Assembly: GCA_001275005.1 (NCBI GenBank)
Contig: JWZX01003235.1
Location: 1 to 40,790 of the forward strand
From: Chrysochromulina tobinii
Lineage: Eukaryota
Reading direction: 5' to 3'
DNA length: 40,790 bases
Part shown: positions 38,901 through 40,790 of the stretch, piece by piece
Numbering within the stretch: position 1 is the stretch's first letter
How the letters are laid out: each line of letters opens with the position of its first letter
Position numbers and translations under genes: made by a program
The notes under the pieces: generated by a model
What the model saw: the letters and a program-made list of their open reading frames with translations, nothing else
Database searches by the model: none
What the model was told of the DNA's origin: nothing

Positions 38901-39691
38901 TCCAGATCGTTCGGTTCGCCTCCAATGCCTCCTTCTGTGCAGCGCGCGGCCGCCGCGCATGCTTCTACAAAAGTACGGAGAGCCGCGACGGGCGAGGCGC
39001 AGCCGCTCAGCCGACGCGCGAGGGCGATGGAGGGCGCGTAGGGCAGCGCCTCATCGTCGTATCTCCCGCACGCCGCCTCGTAGGTGTCCAGCCAGAAGCG
39101 CGCGTCAATCCCAAGGTGGCGTGGCAGCAGCCCTCGCAGCTCGTCGAGGCGCGCGGCCACGGCTGCGTCCTCGTTTGCATGTGCCGCGTGAAGCAGCGGC
39201 TGCAGAGTGCCGGCGCATAAGCCAAAGAGCGCATCGCAGCACACCTCGGCGGCCTCAGCACCGGCGGTACCGTCGTTGAGCACGGGCAACACCTCCCCAA
39301 CGAGGGCTTGCAGCCTGGAGCTCCCGTGCGACATGGCCGCAAGCGCGTCCTCGACTTGGCCGTGCGGTGCGTGCGCAGCGATGCGCGCGGCAAAACTGGC
39401 GGCCACGCTCCCCAACGGCGTTGTCCGGTCCGTCAGCGTTGCGAGCAGACGCTCACGGACGAGGGCCCTGTCGTCCGGGCTGCTGGCGATGGCGGCCATC
39501 CACTCGGCGGTGCCGGTCGAGTAGGAGAGCGTGATGGATAGCGCCGTGCGACTGATGCGGTCCACACTGGCACTGCACACGAGCGGCGCGGGCGGCTCGT
39601 CTTCGAACGCAGTGTCGAACACGTCGTCGACGGCCGCACACAGCAGCGACACCATTGGACGCCGTTTGGTGCTCGCCAGGACGCGGTACAT
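35948..39691 (-). CDS. WASP-like Arp2/3 activator with VPS9 - CRIB/GBD - PDZ - polyproline - WH2/C/A architecture
   Basis: VPS9 GADELIPLMAYVLVRA. CRIB/GBD ISAPTNVTHVTHVGW..GF..RNIPDEWKQIFKAAGV. PDZ FGLSL..VDAVSVGSMA..GVRAGDVVVSVNE. WH2 RGAALAAIASGNFSLKPV, C-helix LTKQLAAVLASRRNAM and acidic end DEEDDDDW. Alternative start at 39655. Confidence 0.82.
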   Translation of the reverse strand: MYRVLASTKRRPMVSLLCAAVDDVFDTAFEDEPPAPLVCSASVDRISRTALSITLSYSTGTAEWMAAIASSPDDRALVRERLLATLTDRTTPLGSVAASFAARIAAHAPHGQVEDALAAMSHGSSRLQALVGEVLPVLNDGTAGAEAAEVCCDALFGLCAGTLQPLLHAAHANEDAAVAARLDELRGLLPRHLGIDARFWLDTYEAACGRYDDEALPYAPSIALARRLSGCASPVAALRTFVEACAAAARCTEGGIGGEPNDLEAPTGSGRGVAVGADELIPLMAYVLVRARPERLASLLALVEGYLMSSHSQPGLLLGVLGFGLATLEAAVRLVASLRWASTVEVGAEAEKEEDAHAHVHATCAEGGAPNQTVPPIRQTIRQLDPNQTVPASVAGRLHGPHARVELTQCCLPSSHARSRSREPPVPAAVSPSKIGLCVESTAHWRMGCASSQPEEQPVKPITTVVRHAGFRGTPEPVSPSPACIGMRSIGPDQPVAPVVSKVALVRTKSVSSRPIAWRSMFSSQPKSTISAPTNVTHVTHVGWTPQQGFELRNIPDEWKQIFKAAGVRRSDLIDPETARVIVTLIAENMIEGRLASMPLIPGIGQAIAGLAASSRRTAPTAGASTAGTPRTAGAPSAAGPPRTAGTPRTTSASPVRVAPPAADAPPAAAADEGTLTDMNAFGERVELAEWELKIESPDPNGHSLFGLSLANGRCGRTVVDAVSVGSMAQAMGVRAGDVVVSVNEVNVCGWGRDGTSVLIESAGIPVRLVLASASPPAAVSSGASLPAAVVGTTAIKATSAATAAGGAAATPAPAVPAAPTLAPPTREAAPCQARTGTKAVSQPESAVAPNAVLGAPPVEGAEPALSFFVAVVQCPTFAGPGHFLAISGPDGNLYQVEVPDGVVPGGFFEAELPVLVPEVPTSAAASVQPKPKLDVSAGTAPAADAADAGDLWRRTVTRVSSSGNPKSTETYPTVASTNPQAAGTRAKPAAPSHEVEQAEAEIEAEIEAAAWALEIKAAAMAAAEAAAANARASFSPPHKPPPSEPLTAASPVLRARSEAPPPHAPPPPPLLAPPIVSRSPPPHAPPPPPLLTPPPLLPPPIVSTVPPPPHAPPPPPLLAPPIVSRSLPPHAPPLPPLLTPPIVRTVPPPAPPPPEPSAATTPVPRPRAATMPASRTPDLESRGAALAAIASGNFSLKPVSSRELPSSAPAAADASSLTKQLAAVLASRRNAMAARSDQDEEDDDDW

Positions 39692-40034
39692 TACGTACTC
39701 TTGAAACTTACGTTTAGTCAGTTACACCGTCACTTTCTTCTCGGTCCCCCCGCGCTCACCAACAGGACGGCTCCGCTCCCCTCGAAGTTTACGGTAGCCC
39801 CACATGAACCCGCCGCGGGCTGACCACGTCTCGAGTGATGGGCGAGCGCCTCAAACAGAACAAACAGCTCGCGGGTACGTTGAGTTCCCGACTTCTGGCT
39901 GGAACCGTTCAACTTTCTCAACCTAGAACCTTAGGCTACGTTCTATTGGCTACACGTTACAGCTTTCCCGTCACGACTCACGGTGTGTGTGTTTACCGAC
40001 GAGCATGTCCAAATTTGCGCTTTGTCATCGCGCG

Positions 40035-40790
40035 CTACCAGTCATCCTCATCTTCCTCGCCTTGGTCCGAGCGCGCTGCCATGGCGTTGCGTCGCGATTC
40101 GAGCACCGCCGCGAGTTGCTTCGTGAGGCTCGAGGCGTCTGCAGCGGCCGGCGCTGACGAGGGCAGCTCGCGGCTCGAGACTGGCTTCAGAGAGAAGTTG
40201 ACTGAAGCAATGGCTACGAGCGCCGCGCCTCGGCTTTCCAAATCCGGCGTAGCAGAAGCTGGCGTCCGAGACGCTGACATCTTCGCTGCCCGAGGCCGGG
40301 GCACTGGTGTCGACGCAGCCGACGGCTCGGGAGGCGGCGGCGCCGGAGGTGGTATTGAGCTGACTATCGGCGGGGTCAGCAGGGGCGGCAAGGGCGGCGC
40401 ATGCGGTGGAGGTGCTTCTGACCGTACATGCAGCACCGGGCTCGCAGCCGTCGATGGCTCCGAGGGCGGGGGCTTCGGGGGAGGAGAGAATGAAGCTCTT
40501 GCGTTCGCCGCTGCCGCCTCGGCGGCAGCCATTGCCGCCGCCTTGATCTCCAACGCCCAAGCCGCTGCCTCGATCTCCGCCTCGATCTCCGCCTCAGCCT
40601 GCTCAACTTCGTGAGATGGCGCCGCTGGCTTCGCACGGGTGCCCACTGCCTGCGGATTCGTGCTTGCTACCGTCGGATAGGTCTCTGTGCTCTTCGGGTT
40701 GCCGGAGGAGGACACGCGCGTCACCGTGCGCCGCCAAAGGTCACCTGCGTCGGCCGCGTCCGCCGCAGGCGCAGTCCCGGCGGAGACGTC
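40035..40790 (-). CDS. 3' end of a tandem paralog of the WASP-like gene (VCA module); continues beyond the window
   Basis: 39999-40790 aligns with 35911-36889 at high identity and ends in the same WH2-C-A with terminal Trp. Confidence 0.75.
   Translation of the reverse strand, partial: DVSAGTAPAADAADAGDLWRRTVTRVSSSGNPKSTETYPTVASTNPQAVGTRAKPAAPSHEVEQAEAEIEAEIEAAAWALEIKAAAMAAAEAAAANARASFSPPPKPPPSEPSTAASPVLHVRSEAPPPHAPPLPPLLTPPIVSSIPPPAPPPPEPSAASTPVPRPRAAKMSASRTPASATPDLESRGAALVAIASVNFSLKPVSSRELPSSAPAAADASSLTKQLAAVLESRRNAMAARSDQGEEDEDDW

Overview
GC-rich, gene-dense, intron-poor eukaryotic nuclear DNA. It looks like a haptophyte alga; this is inferred from composition, TTAGGG repeats and gene content, not established. 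About 17 host genes are present: a SPRY/SHOCT protein with a homopolymer frameshift, TRM82/WDR4, a TRPV-like channel, a RAP-domain protein, an NHL propeller, ALKBH1, a PhyH dioxygenase, a Nudix hydrolase, a phosphodiesterase, an EF-hand protein, a JmjC protein, steroid 5-alpha reductase, an aspartic protease, a WavE-like protein, and a VPS9-CRIB-PDZ-VCA WASP-like protein with its tandem paralog. The standout is a 6.6-kb insertion (10648-17205) with the hallmarks of a 5'-truncated non-LTR retrotransposon: an 11-bp target-site duplication ACCCTAAAATG, an (AACG)4 tail, RNase H and a CCHC knuckle. Its uninterrupted 2155-aa ORF also carries a family-A-like (TV-Pol-like) polymerase domain with the expected catalytic motifs, a J-like domain and two C-terminal zinc fingers. 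It inserted on the start codon of the NHL gene, so the duplicated host ATG now opens the element ORF in frame. Both well-supported introns are flanked by direct repeats (introner-like), and several small MITE or microsatellite insertions carry TSDs. All domain calls come from motif recognition by eye; no searches were run.
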